The notes under the pieces are model-generated. The model had not been told where the DNA came from and made no database searches. It saw nothing but the letters and a program-made list of their open reading frames with translations. Shown piece after piece: positions 1-9,289 of a stretch of 64,000 nt of DNA. Numbering within the stretch: the first letter of the stretch is position 1; the number at the start of each line of letters is the position of its first letter. Origin of the DNA: Spirochaetaceae bacterium (GTDB lineage: Bacteria; Spirochaetota; Spirochaetia; DSM-2461); the NCBI GenBank assembly GCA_965224705.1, contig OZ245056.1, positions 2,240,001 through 2,304,000 of the forward strand, in the 5' to 3' direction. Made by a program: the position numbers and the translations under genes.

Positions 1-2
1 GT

Positions 3-2165
3 GATGTAAAAGCTTTTAATTCTTCCGGTGAACGTTATATTGATATTGGAGATACCCTGGCGGTCGGAGAACGGATTATCACTGGTTCAGATGCATTCGT
101 TGAAATCGAAATAGGGGATGTAGGGGTAGTCCGCATAAATAGTGATACTGAATATCTGCTGGATATTGCAGAAGAATCTGCTGGCAATACCCAGACTTCG
201 GGTGCTCTGGTTGCCGGGTCAATTATATCCAAGGTCAGGAAGCTTTCAGGTAATGATGCCTTTGAAGTAAGCGTTCCAGGTGCAGTTTGTGCTGTTCGCG
301 GTACACAGTTCCTTGTTGATGTCGATACTGATGGCACTGTTAATGTTGCAGTTAATGAAGGTGGAATTCTACTCGTACCTCCATCGCTGGCTCTTGCAGG
401 TAACCATTCAGCCGATGTGGGGAAATTCAATGAGATACGATCCATAATGCCCGTCGTTTCCTCAGGAGAGGAAGTTGATTTCAATGCTGAAACATTCAGC
501 GAACTTGAAGCAAGGCTTGCCTCCTGGATAGAAAAAGGGATGAGGGATAGTACGAAGGGATTAATCACAGAATTAGACCTGCTGCTGAAATCCATACAGG
601 TAGAAATGACTGATATTAATGAGGAAAGTGATGCCGCTATTGATGATTCAGTTATCTCTCTTGCTGCATTATCAGGCACTCAAGAAGAATCCCGGGAAAT
701 GGTTACTCTCCGTTTCAATACAGATCTCCAGGAAGCAGATATTTTTATCAATGGTCAGAAAGCCGGTCGGCAATCTGTCAGCAGTGCTTTCCCCGTTGGT
801 GAAATACTGGAAGTAAAAGCCATCGCTGCAGATGGCAGAGTCAAAACCAGGAGAGTAAGAGCTGGAACTCCATTAGTTGTTGATTTACTGTTTAATGATA
901 ATACTGATGAAGCTTTGAACAAACCGGATATCCTGCCATCAAGCAGCAGGGAGAAGCCTGGCGATTCTTCAACCATTACTGTCACTATAGATGTTGAACC
1001 CGCAAATGCAACCATATGGATCGGGGGAAAGCAGCGTGGACGAGGCCGTACTGAGATTACTGGAAAACCAGGTGATCATCTGGATCTGAGTATTTCCGCT
1101 CCAGGATATTCCATGCTGATGGATGAAGAAATCATTATAGTTCCGGATGTCTCTGTTGTTAAATTCAAACTGAACAAGCATACAATAGTTGGAAAGGTTG
1201 CTCTCCGCAGTCCGGGTGTTGGTACTCCGGCATCAGATGGCGACAATGCTGTAATGATAACGAGAAATGGTTATCTGTATACCTTGCAAAGAGATGGGGT
1301 CTTTGATTGGGTCAAGGGAACTGGAAATGATGGGTTGGAATATGCTTCACTTTCGATAATTGACGGTAAAGTGTATTCAATAGGTAATGAAGCATTCACA
1401 GTACATGATATGAGGGATGGGAAAATACTCAAACAGACAGCATTAAGTGCAAATCAGAGAAATCAATTTGGCCGACGTGTCGTTAAGGTTGGCCGGATGA
1501 CGATTCTTCCTGGTAACGATACTCTGGAAGTATTTGATGCGGCAGGAGATTCAGTAAAAACAGTCAATATCCCTGGTGGTTCCAGATCGACTCCAGCCGT
1601 ATGGAATAACAAGGTTCTCTTACCGAATAATGATGGATACTTACTTATCTTTAATTCCATGAGTTATGCCGTTGAGAGCAGAATAGAAACAGGCGTAACC
1701 CAGCCGACAGGACTATCTCCTGCCATTGTTGGCGATGTCGCTTTTCTGGCCGGTGTCAATGGTCAAATCTCAGCCGTCGACCTGAACAAGAGTAGTATTG
1801 TATGGACACGATCACTGGCAAAGGGTGAAGTTATTCCGGTGTACACTGATTTCGCCGCAGCAAATGATACCGTATACGTCTATGGCAAAGAGCGAGTGTT
1901 TGCCCTATCCGTGCATGACGGCCAGGAAAGGTTTCTGTCAATAGAAGGTATATCCGCACCACCCATGGTCGATGGCGATTTCTTATACCTTTGCCGCAAT
2001 GATGGTACCCTTGGGGTTTACAACCGACGCAATGGCAGGGAACTTGGCAAGATTTCATTGGGTGAAGAATCTGACACCAGACCGGCGAAATTAGGGAACT
2101 ACATCCTCGTTGCTGGCGTGGAATCGGCTGTGGTTGTTGACGCACGTTCGATAACAGAAGGTTGA
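3..2165 (+). CDS. FecR-domain / PEGA / PQQ-like beta-propeller protein (5' truncated by window edge)
   Basis: The frame of ORF 417..2165 is open back to base 3 and encodes a FecR-like segment (AVCAVRGTQFLV). Two PEGA-like segments follow (ADIFING, VEPANATIWIGG), then repeated PQQ/BamB-type blades (STPAVWNNKV, SPAIVGDVAF, SAPPMVDGDFLY). Confidence 0.7.
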   Translation, partial: DVKAFNSSGERYIDIGDTLAVGERIITGSDAFVEIEIGDVGVVRINSDTEYLLDIAEESAGNTQTSGALVAGSIISKVRKLSGNDAFEVSVPGAVCAVRGTQFLVDVDTDGTVNVAVNEGGILLVPPSLALAGNHSADVGKFNEIRSIMPVVSSGEEVDFNAETFSELEARLASWIEKGMRDSTKGLITELDLLLKSIQVEMTDINEESDAAIDDSVISLAALSGTQEESREMVTLRFNTDLQEADIFINGQKAGRQSVSSAFPVGEILEVKAIAADGRVKTRRVRAGTPLVVDLLFNDNTDEALNKPDILPSSSREKPGDSSTITVTIDVEPANATIWIGGKQRGRGRTEITGKPGDHLDLSISAPGYSMLMDEEIIIVPDVSVVKFKLNKHTIVGKVALRSPGVGTPASDGDNAVMITRNGYLYTLQRDGVFDWVKGTGNDGLEYASLSIIDGKVYSIGNEAFTVHDMRDGKILKQTALSANQRNQFGRRVVKVGRMTILPGNDTLEVFDAAGDSVKTVNIPGGSRSTPAVWNNKVLLPNNDGYLLIFNSMSYAVESRIETGVTQPTGLSPAIVGDVAFLAGVNGQISAVDLNKSSIVWTRSLAKGEVIPVYTDFAAANDTVYVYGKERVFALSVHDGQERFLSIEGISAPPMVDGDFLYLCRNDGTLGVYNRRNGRELGKISLGEESDTRPAKLGNYILVAGVESAVVVDARSITEG

Positions 2166-2219
2166 TCATTCGGATGCTGCCTGGTTCAATGAATTCTTGA
2201 GCCAGGGTATCATCAGGCT

Positions 2220-3803
2220 ATGAATGAAAAACCGCTATCGACCCATTGGGCGGATATCGTCGCCGATAGAATCATCCGGGAAAGAGGGGAGAAAGATGCT
2301 TACGTCTGTGCCTCAGGTATCACTCCTTCCGGGACCGTTCACATAGGTAATTTCCGTGAAATCATTTCAGTGGAACTCGTTGTGCGTGCTCTACGCGATA
2401 GAAAACGCCAGGCTCGGTTCATTTATTCATGGGATGATTATGATGTATTCCGCAAGGTTCCTGCAAATCTGCCCAATCAGGATCTGCTTGCCGCATATCT
2501 GCGCCAGTCCATTACGGATGTTCCTGATGTTTTGGGCAATGAAGTCAGCTATGCGTCTCATAATGAGAAAGCTCTTGAGAAGCTTCTTCCCACCGTTGGT
2601 ATCGAACCGGAATACATCTACCAGGCAGAGAGGTACCGTTCTTCCCGATATGCCGAGTGCATGAAGACTGTTCTGGATAACGGTGAACTCATTCGGAAGC
2701 AATTGAATTCCCACAGGACAGCACCTCTGTCAGAGGACTGGTGGCCCCTCAGTGTTTTCTGTACGCAATGCGGCCGGGATACCACTCATATAAAAGACAG
2801 GATGAATGACTACAGCATCCACTATGAATGTGAATGTGGAAATACTGAATCAATTGATTTACGGAAAACCGGTGCGGTCAAACTTCCATGGCGTATTGAC
2901 TGGCCGATGAGATGGTTCTATGAGAAAGTGGATTTTGAACCGGCTGGAAAAGATCACCATACTGAAGGCGGAAGTTTTGATACGGCAAAGCTTACCAGCA
3001 GAGAAGTTTTTAATCATGAACCTCCAGTTACGTTTCAATATGAATTTGTCCGAATAAAAGGAGGGAGCGGGAAACTCAGTTCATCGACTGGTGAAGTCGT
3101 ATCGCTCAAAGACATCCTTCGCTACTACCAGCCAGAGGTTGTACGATACTTCTTTGCTGGAACAAGACCGAATAATGATCTTGCCATTAGTTTTGATCTT
3201 GACCTTCTCAAAGTTTACGAAGATTACGACAAATCTGAGCGAAATTTCTTCAATAAGCCCGATAACCCGAAAAAAATGAAAAAGTGGAAAAAAGAAGCCC
3301 GGGTATATGAGCTTTCCCAGATTCATGGAGTTCCCGCCAGGCTGCCGTATCAGATTCAAATCAGGCATCTGACAACACTGCTGCAAATACATTCCGGAAA
3401 CATAGACAGGGTTATTGAGTACCTGGGTGATATCCTGTCAACTGATCTTGAAAGATTTAAATGCCGGGCAAATTGTGCCTGGAACTGGGTGAATGATCAT
3501 GCCCCGGAGGATTTCCGTTTTTCTCTGAGAAATCCCGATGACAGCCCAATAAGTCTGAATCCAGACCTTAAATCTACAGTGAAGGATTTTGGTATTCTGG
3601 TGAGGAGGCAACTGGGGAAAATATCGGAGAAAGACTTTTCAATTCTGATGTACAACCTTATCCGTGATAACAATTTGAAATCCGCAGATTTTTTCACTGC
3701 TGTCTATAGAGTTCTTATTGGCAGGGATAAAGGTCCGCGATTAATAAATTTTCTTCATATTCTGGGGCCTGATTGCGTTGGGGATCTGCTGGAGAGCATA
3801 TAA
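2220..3803 (+). CDS. lysS: lysine--tRNA ligase, class I
   Basis: HWAD, SGITPSGTVHIGN (HIGH), Zn-knuckle CTQC/CEC, KLPWRIDWPMRW, GKDH and KLSSSTG (KMSKS-like) motifs. Confidence 0.95.
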   Translation: MNEKPLSTHWADIVADRIIRERGEKDAYVCASGITPSGTVHIGNFREIISVELVVRALRDRKRQARFIYSWDDYDVFRKVPANLPNQDLLAAYLRQSITDVPDVLGNEVSYASHNEKALEKLLPTVGIEPEYIYQAERYRSSRYAECMKTVLDNGELIRKQLNSHRTAPLSEDWWPLSVFCTQCGRDTTHIKDRMNDYSIHYECECGNTESIDLRKTGAVKLPWRIDWPMRWFYEKVDFEPAGKDHHTEGGSFDTAKLTSREVFNHEPPVTFQYEFVRIKGGSGKLSSSTGEVVSLKDILRYYQPEVVRYFFAGTRPNNDLAISFDLDLLKVYEDYDKSERNFFNKPDNPKKMKKWKKEARVYELSQIHGVPARLPYQIQIRHLTTLLQIHSGNIDRVIEYLGDILSTDLERFKCRANCAWNWVNDHAPEDFRFSLRNPDDSPISLNPDLKSTVKDFGILVRRQLGKISEKDFSILMYNLIRDNNLKSADFFTAVYRVLIGRDKGPRLINFLHILGPDCVGDLLESI

Positions 3804-3823
3804 TCACCCTTCTCCTTCGATCT

Positions 3824-4750
3824 TCAGCGTTCTCCCCGAACATAGGGTTCACCCAGGGTTGCTGGAGCATTCATGCGGCGTTTACCGGATTTGGAAAGCC
3901 CAAGGATGAATAGAACAAAGAGGGTAGAGGCATAGGGGAGCATTGACAGAATATTCGGTGAGATTCCCAGAGGCTGCAGTATGTATTGGAGGACGAAAAT
4001 CCCACCGAACAGATAGGCTCCCAGAAAAGCTCCCCCAGGCTGCCACAGAGCAAAGATGGTCAATGCAATAGCAATCCAGCCCCTGCCGGCCACTATTCCT
4101 TCATTCCATGAGCCGCTGTAGGCCGTCGAAAGGTAAGCCCCGGCCATTCCCGCCAGCCCCCCACCAGCGAGTACTGCATAGTATTTTACACGATTAACGG
4201 CGATACCCTGAGCTTCAGCGGCCCTGGGATTCTCTCCCACAGATCGGAGGGTTATTCCCATACGGGTATGCTTGAGCATAAACCACAGTACTATACCAAG
4301 GAGGGCCGATAGATACACATACCAGTCGTGGTTAAATAAAATCTGACCTAGAATTGGTATGTCTGAAAGTCCCTGGATGTCGATAAAAGGCATTCGAACA
4401 GGAAGAGGCTGTCCAATATAAGGTTTTCCCCAGAGTCCGCTGATGCCCAGCCCCAACATGGTAAGAGCCAATCCACTGACTACCTGGTTGGAACGCAGAC
4501 CGATGCACACAAAACCATGGATGCTTGAAAGCAGTATACCAGCGAGGATGGCGGCCAGCAGTCCCAGCCATGGGTTCCCCGTGGTGAATGTAACGATGAA
4601 AGCCGTTACAGCTCCCGAGGACATCAGTCCTTCCATCCCAAGGTTAATAATTCCAGCTCTTTCTGTGAGAATTTCACCCAGAGTTGCCAGAAGCAGCGGG
4701 GTTCCGGCAATGATAGTCCGGGTGAGAACGGATGCAATAATATCAAGCAT
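3824..4750 (-). CDS. nucleoside/simple-sugar ABC transporter permease (NupC-like)
   Basis: ERAGIINLGMEG and GRGWIAIAL motifs; hydrophobic; operon context. Confidence 0.9.
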   Translation of the reverse strand: MLDIIASVLTRTIIAGTPLLLATLGEILTERAGIINLGMEGLMSSGAVTAFIVTFTTGNPWLGLLAAILAGILLSSIHGFVCIGLRSNQVVSGLALTMLGLGISGLWGKPYIGQPLPVRMPFIDIQGLSDIPILGQILFNHDWYVYLSALLGIVLWFMLKHTRMGITLRSVGENPRAAEAQGIAVNRVKYYAVLAGGGLAGMAGAYLSTAYSGSWNEGIVAGRGWIAIALTIFALWQPGGAFLGAYLFGGIFVLQYILQPLGISPNILSMLPYASTLFVLFILGLSKSGKRRMNAPATLGEPYVRGER

Positions 4751-5828
4751 GGATTTTCCTCCCGAATCGAATACGAATCCTGTGAGAGATGAAGAAATCT
4801 TCCATAATCAGGAAAACCAGTATGATGCTGTTGAAAACATTCACCGTGGCGGCAGGCATTCCCATGGAAATCTGTATGGCATCTCCCCCGACAATGATAC
4901 CAGCAAAAAACAGGCCTGAAATTATTGTGTACGACGGGTGGAGTCTGGCCAGCCAGGCAACAATGATGGCGGTAAAGCCATAACCTGCACTCAGGGAATC
5001 AGGGTAACTCAGATAGTGGTGAATGGACATAAGTTCTCCGGCTCCGGCCAGTCCTGCCATACCACCGGAGATGGCCATGAGTAAAAGGGAGGTTTTGAAG
5101 AAGTTGATACCCGCGTACTGAGCCGCATGAGGATTTTCTCCGATAACTCGTACTTCATATCCAAAACGGCTTTTATAAACAAGCCATCCAAGAATCAATG
5201 CACCGGCAATGGCCAGAATAAGAAGAACTGGAGAAATCCTGGAGTAGGAGAAGGGCTGCAGGATGGCTGAGGCCGGTAGGTCATCGGTGTAGGGATATCC
5301 GCTCTTGGTAACCCCTTTCCATGGACCAACCACAAGGAATTTCACAAATTCAGCCGCAATGTAATTGAGCATCAGAGTGGATATTACTTCATTGATTCCA
5401 AATTTTACCTTCAGGACTGCTGGTATCATGCCCCAGAGTGCTCCTCCGATGAATGCCACCATGAACATAAGAGGAACGATGATGATGGGAGGCAGGTATG
5501 GTCCCCATGAAAGTCCAACCCAGGTGGCCAGTATTGCACCAGCCAGAAGCTGACTTTCAGCTCCTATGTTCCAGAATTTTGCTTTGTAGGCCAGGGCCAG
5601 TCCACTGCCGATGAGTATAAGGGGAATGGATTTTGTTATAGTTTCCTTGATGCCGTACCAGCTGCCGAAGGACCCTTTGAATATGGAAAAAACAGCTCTC
5701 GCAGGGTTTACACCACTCATTGAAAATACAATACCCACGGCCAGAAATCCGGCCGTAAGTGAACCAACAAGGATGAGAATACTCAGCTGAGGACTGATTT
5801 TCTCCCGTGGAAATAGTTCAATACGCAT
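4743..5828 (-). CDS. nucleoside/simple-sugar ABC transporter permease (NupB-like)
   Basis: FWNIGAESQ, NEVISTLMLNY and GYGFTAIIVAWL motifs. Confidence 0.9.
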   Translation of the reverse strand: MRIELFPREKISPQLSILILVGSLTAGFLAVGIVFSMSGVNPARAVFSIFKGSFGSWYGIKETITKSIPLILIGSGLALAYKAKFWNIGAESQLLAGAILATWVGLSWGPYLPPIIIVPLMFMVAFIGGALWGMIPAVLKVKFGINEVISTLMLNYIAAEFVKFLVVGPWKGVTKSGYPYTDDLPASAILQPFSYSRISPVLLILAIAGALILGWLVYKSRFGYEVRVIGENPHAAQYAGINFFKTSLLLMAISGGMAGLAGAGELMSIHHYLSYPDSLSAGYGFTAIIVAWLARLHPSYTIISGLFFAGIIVGGDAIQISMGMPAATVNVFNSIILVFLIMEDFFISHRIRIRFGRKIHA

Positions 5829-5840
5829 AAATGGGCATCC

Positions 5841-7355
5841 TCATTGTGAAACTGAACCGGCCATCATCAGTCCGATTTTCTCAATAGACCAGGTTTCCGG
5901 GGTTAATTCACCCATAAGACTTCCGTTAAACATTACTGCGATGCGGTCGCAAACCATGAACAGTTCATCCAGATCCTCGGATACGAGCAGAACGGCACCA
6001 CCATTGTCTCGAAGCGCAATGATCTGTTTGCGGACATATTCTGTTGCTCCTACATCCAATCCGTAGGTTGGGTGGGCCGCTACAAGAAGTTCCGGACCGC
6101 AGGATATCTCCCTGCCGAGAATGAGCTTCTGTATGTTTCCGCCGGAGAGATTCTTCACCATGACATTGATGGATGGGGTGTCTACCTGGAAACCTTCTAC
6201 CAGAGAATTCGCATGTTTGTTAATGACATCATAGTTCATCTGTATCCAACTGCTGAATGGATAATCCCTGTGCTGCTTGAGAACAGAGTTTTCAGAAAGC
6301 AGCAGATTGGGAACCGTGCCATGTTTGATCCGTTCTTCAGGCACATGAGATATACCCAGAATGTGGGCAGATCTGGCATCGGAGTGATTCAATGCCTTCC
6401 CCTTCATCTGCACCGTTCCCCTCAATGGCTGCCTGAGTCCGGTTATGGTTTCCACCAGTTCCTGTTGACCATTGCCTGAGACACCGGCAATGCCGAGAAT
6501 CTCAGAGGAATGCACCTTTAGATGCAGATTGCGCACTGCAGGCAAACCCCGGTCAGAGTCCACATCAAGGTTTTTTGTTTCAAGGAGAACCTCACCGGGC
6601 TGAACATCAGCTTTATCGTAGGCCGTGGCTATTTGTCGGCCAATCATCATTTCGGCCAGTTTTCCTTTGTCCACATCATTGATAGCTGCTTCACCTGTAA
6701 GACAGCCTTTACGGAGAACCATAACCCGGCTGCAGATACTGAAAATTTCCTCAAGCTTATGGGTAATCAATATTACCGAATGTCCTTCAAGGGTCATTTT
6801 CCTTAAAATATCAAAGAGTTCACTGGCTTCCTGGGGAGTTAGAACCGATGTAGGTTCATCCATGATGAGCAGATCGGCATTCCGGGAGAGTGCTTTCAAT
6901 ATCTCTACCCGCTGCTGTTCTCCTGCGGATAAATCCCAAACAGGTTTATCAGGATTGACTTCCAGACCGTACTGGGCAGACAGTTTCTGTATTGTTGAAC
7001 GCAAAGTACGATGGGGGAAGAAAAAAGGGGTGTTTTCATAGCCGAGAGCTATATTCTCAAGTACGGAATGTTTTTCCACCAGCATGAAATGCTGATGAAT
7101 CATTCCAATGCCTGCCCGCATTGAATCCCTGGGGTTTTTCAGGTGAATTATCTCATCGTTGATCCGTATTTCACCTTCATCGGGAAGATACAGGCCGTAG
7201 AGGATGTTCATCAGAGTCGTCTTACCAGCTCCGTTTTCCCCAAGCAATCCGAGAATTTCACCGGATTTGATGCTGAAATTGATGTCCTGATTTGCCCTGA
7301 CTTCGAGAAATGATTTACTGATACCCCTCATTTCCAGGGACTCAATTCTATTCAA
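5841..7355 (-). CDS. CUT2-type ABC transporter ATP-binding protein (two NBDs)
   Basis: GENGAGKTT Walker A; LSAGEQQRVEI and LSGGNIQK signatures; TTG start with GGAG upstream. Confidence 0.92.
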   Translation of the reverse strand: MNRIESLEMRGISKSFLEVRANQDINFSIKSGEILGLLGENGAGKTTLMNILYGLYLPDEGEIRINDEIIHLKNPRDSMRAGIGMIHQHFMLVEKHSVLENIALGYENTPFFFPHRTLRSTIQKLSAQYGLEVNPDKPVWDLSAGEQQRVEILKALSRNADLLIMDEPTSVLTPQEASELFDILRKMTLEGHSVILITHKLEEIFSICSRVMVLRKGCLTGEAAINDVDKGKLAEMMIGRQIATAYDKADVQPGEVLLETKNLDVDSDRGLPAVRNLHLKVHSSEILGIAGVSGNGQQELVETITGLRQPLRGTVQMKGKALNHSDARSAHILGISHVPEERIKHGTVPNLLLSENSVLKQHRDYPFSSWIQMNYDVINKHANSLVEGFQVDTPSINVMVKNLSGGNIQKLILGREISCGPELLVAAHPTYGLDVGATEYVRKQIIALRDNGGAVLLVSEDLDELFMVCDRIAVMFNGSLMGELTPETWSIEKIGLMMAGSVSQ

Positions 7356-7639
7356 AGAGCTCTCCGTTTACCTGAATTTCATCTACAACCTCGCTGGTTG
7401 TCATCTATATACCAGGCAGTGCTCGCGGAAATCGGTACATACTGAATGCAGGCGTATACCCGCAAATATGCACCGCTTTGTTTCCATGCTCCGAGGCTTT
7501 GACTTCTCCTTTCAGATATTCAATTCCGGATAGACTTCAGGCAGTCACACTATCAGGTGCAAAAACATGAAATCAGAAACGTTTCTCCGGGCCCTGGGCG
7601 GAAACTTACCCCCGTTCGGCCATACATCGTACACACTAT

Positions 7640-7669
7640 TCATACTCCGGGATATCTCCCGGAGTATGA
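7640..7669. other. perfect 13-bp stem-loop after the BMP gene (mRNA stabiliser or partial terminator)
   Basis: TCATACTCCGGGA-tatc-TCCCGGAGTATGA, 11 nt downstream of the BMP stop; no U-tract on the coding strand. Confidence 0.65.
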
Positions 7670-7680
7670 GACTGTTTAGT

Positions 7681-8868
7681 TTACTGAGGAAGAGGTGATA
7701 TGAAGTTATCTACCTGGTAACTCATCTCCGCAAAGAGGTGTCCAATGCTGGCCAACTCTCCATCTGCGATAGTCATATTACCATCCTGATCGTAGATCGG
7801 TCCTACGAATGGATCAAAGACTTCCCGGCCCTGTATCATTTGTTCCCGGCGTTTCATTACAAGGTCGTAAATACTGATCTCACCCAGATCCGCATTATTG
7901 GTTTTCAGTTCTTTGAAAGTACTTACATAGGATTGATTTATTTTCTCATCCCATGATGCCCCAAGTTCCACAACCCCATCCTGTATAAGCCAGAGAAGGT
8001 CGTAGTTGGTCATATCATTGGCTTTGCCATCTTTGACGTCGTTGAGCATTCGAACGTAAAGTGGACCCCAGTCAGTCAGTTTGCCTGTGATGGCTGCATC
8101 AGGGCCGTAAGGCTGCATGGGACTGTAATGGGAGAGAGCATAAATCTCTCTTCCCTTATCCTGATACTCCTGAGCGACTTCAATGACAGTCGGCGTATCC
8201 TCGGTAAAACCAAGAACATCGCAGCCTTCGGCTACCAGAGACTCTGCGGCTTCACGGGCCTTGTCCGGACTGTACCACTCATAGATCCATCTGACACTGA
8301 CCGTGGCCTCCGGGTTGACTTCCTTAATTCCCAATGCAAAGGCATTCATGTGGCGGAAGAGCTCGGAGATGGGGAATGCAGCAATATATCCAATTTTGTT
8401 TGATTTGGTGATGGCTCCGGCCATCAAACCATTCAGATAGAAAATTTGATACATGTCAGCCATGTAGGTTCCAGCATTGATCGCTCTTTTGTACCCGGAA
8501 CAGTGAAAGAATTTCACATCAGGGTACTTTTCGGCGGCTTTAAGGGTGTCCTCCATATAACCAAAACTTGTAGTGAAAACAGCATCAACCTTTTGTTCCT
8601 GTATAAGACGATCTATGAAACGGATAGCATCACCTTCGGGAACACTTTCCACAACCACAGTTTCAAGCCAGGGGAGTTCCTTTTCAGCATACTGACGTCC
8701 CTGGTCGTGGGCGTACGTCCAGCCGAAATCACCGGCAGGGCCGATGAAAACGAATCCGGCTTTGAGGGTTTCCTGACCCGAGGAGGTCGTCTCCTCACTG
8801 CCTCCGCCTGCGAAAACGAACATGGATGCGACCAACATGATTGTAAGGGTCATCAATACTCTCTTCAT
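7681..8868 (-). CDS. BMP family ABC substrate-binding protein (nucleoside/purine)
   Basis: Signal peptide; GFVFIGPAGDFGWTYAHDQG and FTTSFGYM motifs; AGGAG RBS. Confidence 0.9.
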   Translation of the reverse strand: MKRVLMTLTIMLVASMFVFAGGGSEETTSSGQETLKAGFVFIGPAGDFGWTYAHDQGRQYAEKELPWLETVVVESVPEGDAIRFIDRLIQEQKVDAVFTTSFGYMEDTLKAAEKYPDVKFFHCSGYKRAINAGTYMADMYQIFYLNGLMAGAITKSNKIGYIAAFPISELFRHMNAFALGIKEVNPEATVSVRWIYEWYSPDKAREAAESLVAEGCDVLGFTEDTPTVIEVAQEYQDKGREIYALSHYSPMQPYGPDAAITGKLTDWGPLYVRMLNDVKDGKANDMTNYDLLWLIQDGVVELGASWDEKINQSYVSTFKELKTNNADLGEISIYDLVMKRREQMIQGREVFDPFVGPIYDQDGNMTIADGELASIGHLFAEMSYQVDNFISPLPQ

Positions 8869-8886
8869 AGTTTTCTCCTTTTATTA

Positions 8887-8977
8887 ATTAATCGATCGTC
8901 AGTCTAGTATCTGTCTGATTTTCTGTCAATTGGAAATAGTCATTGATTGATTGTTAGTCCAGTATTTGTCTGTTTTC
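8887..8977 (-). promoter_or_regulatory. sigma70 promoter of the BMP operon overlapped by a duplicated ~37-bp operator-like repeat
   Basis: Minus-strand TTGACA (8924-8929)-17 bp-TAGACT (8901-8906). Direct repeats 8887-8923 and 8942-8977 match at 30 of 37 positions. Confidence 0.6.
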
Positions 8978-8989
8978 TAAGTTCACCAG

Positions 8990-9042
8990 GAGTCTGTCGG
9001 ATTCTAAGGCTTCGAGCCGTGAGGCGTAAGTCCGGCAGGCTC
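8990..9042 (+). mobile_element. 53-bp internally deleted copy of MITE family A
   Basis: GAGTCTGTCGGA...AAGTCCGGCAGGCTC matches both ends of the 161-bp copies at 56794 and 56959; flanked by a CCAG direct repeat; deletion joins at CGAG microhomology. Confidence 0.8.
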
Positions 9043-9289
9043 CCAGGGAATTGATTTTGCGACGAACTCCCATCAGTCACTTGGAAAAGTCGTCTTCAAG
9101 TCAGATTTCTTCACTGTGCACTCGTTCCATTGTCCGCCGCATGGAGATCAGTGCCATTCAGGGTTGATCCAGCAGAATTACATGAATCAGCAGCATGGAT
9201 GTGACTGCGAATCATTTACTTTCTTCCGGGAAAACGCTATTCTCATTCCGGGCGATTTTCGCCGATAGAACACAGTGAGTGAGGAAGTT

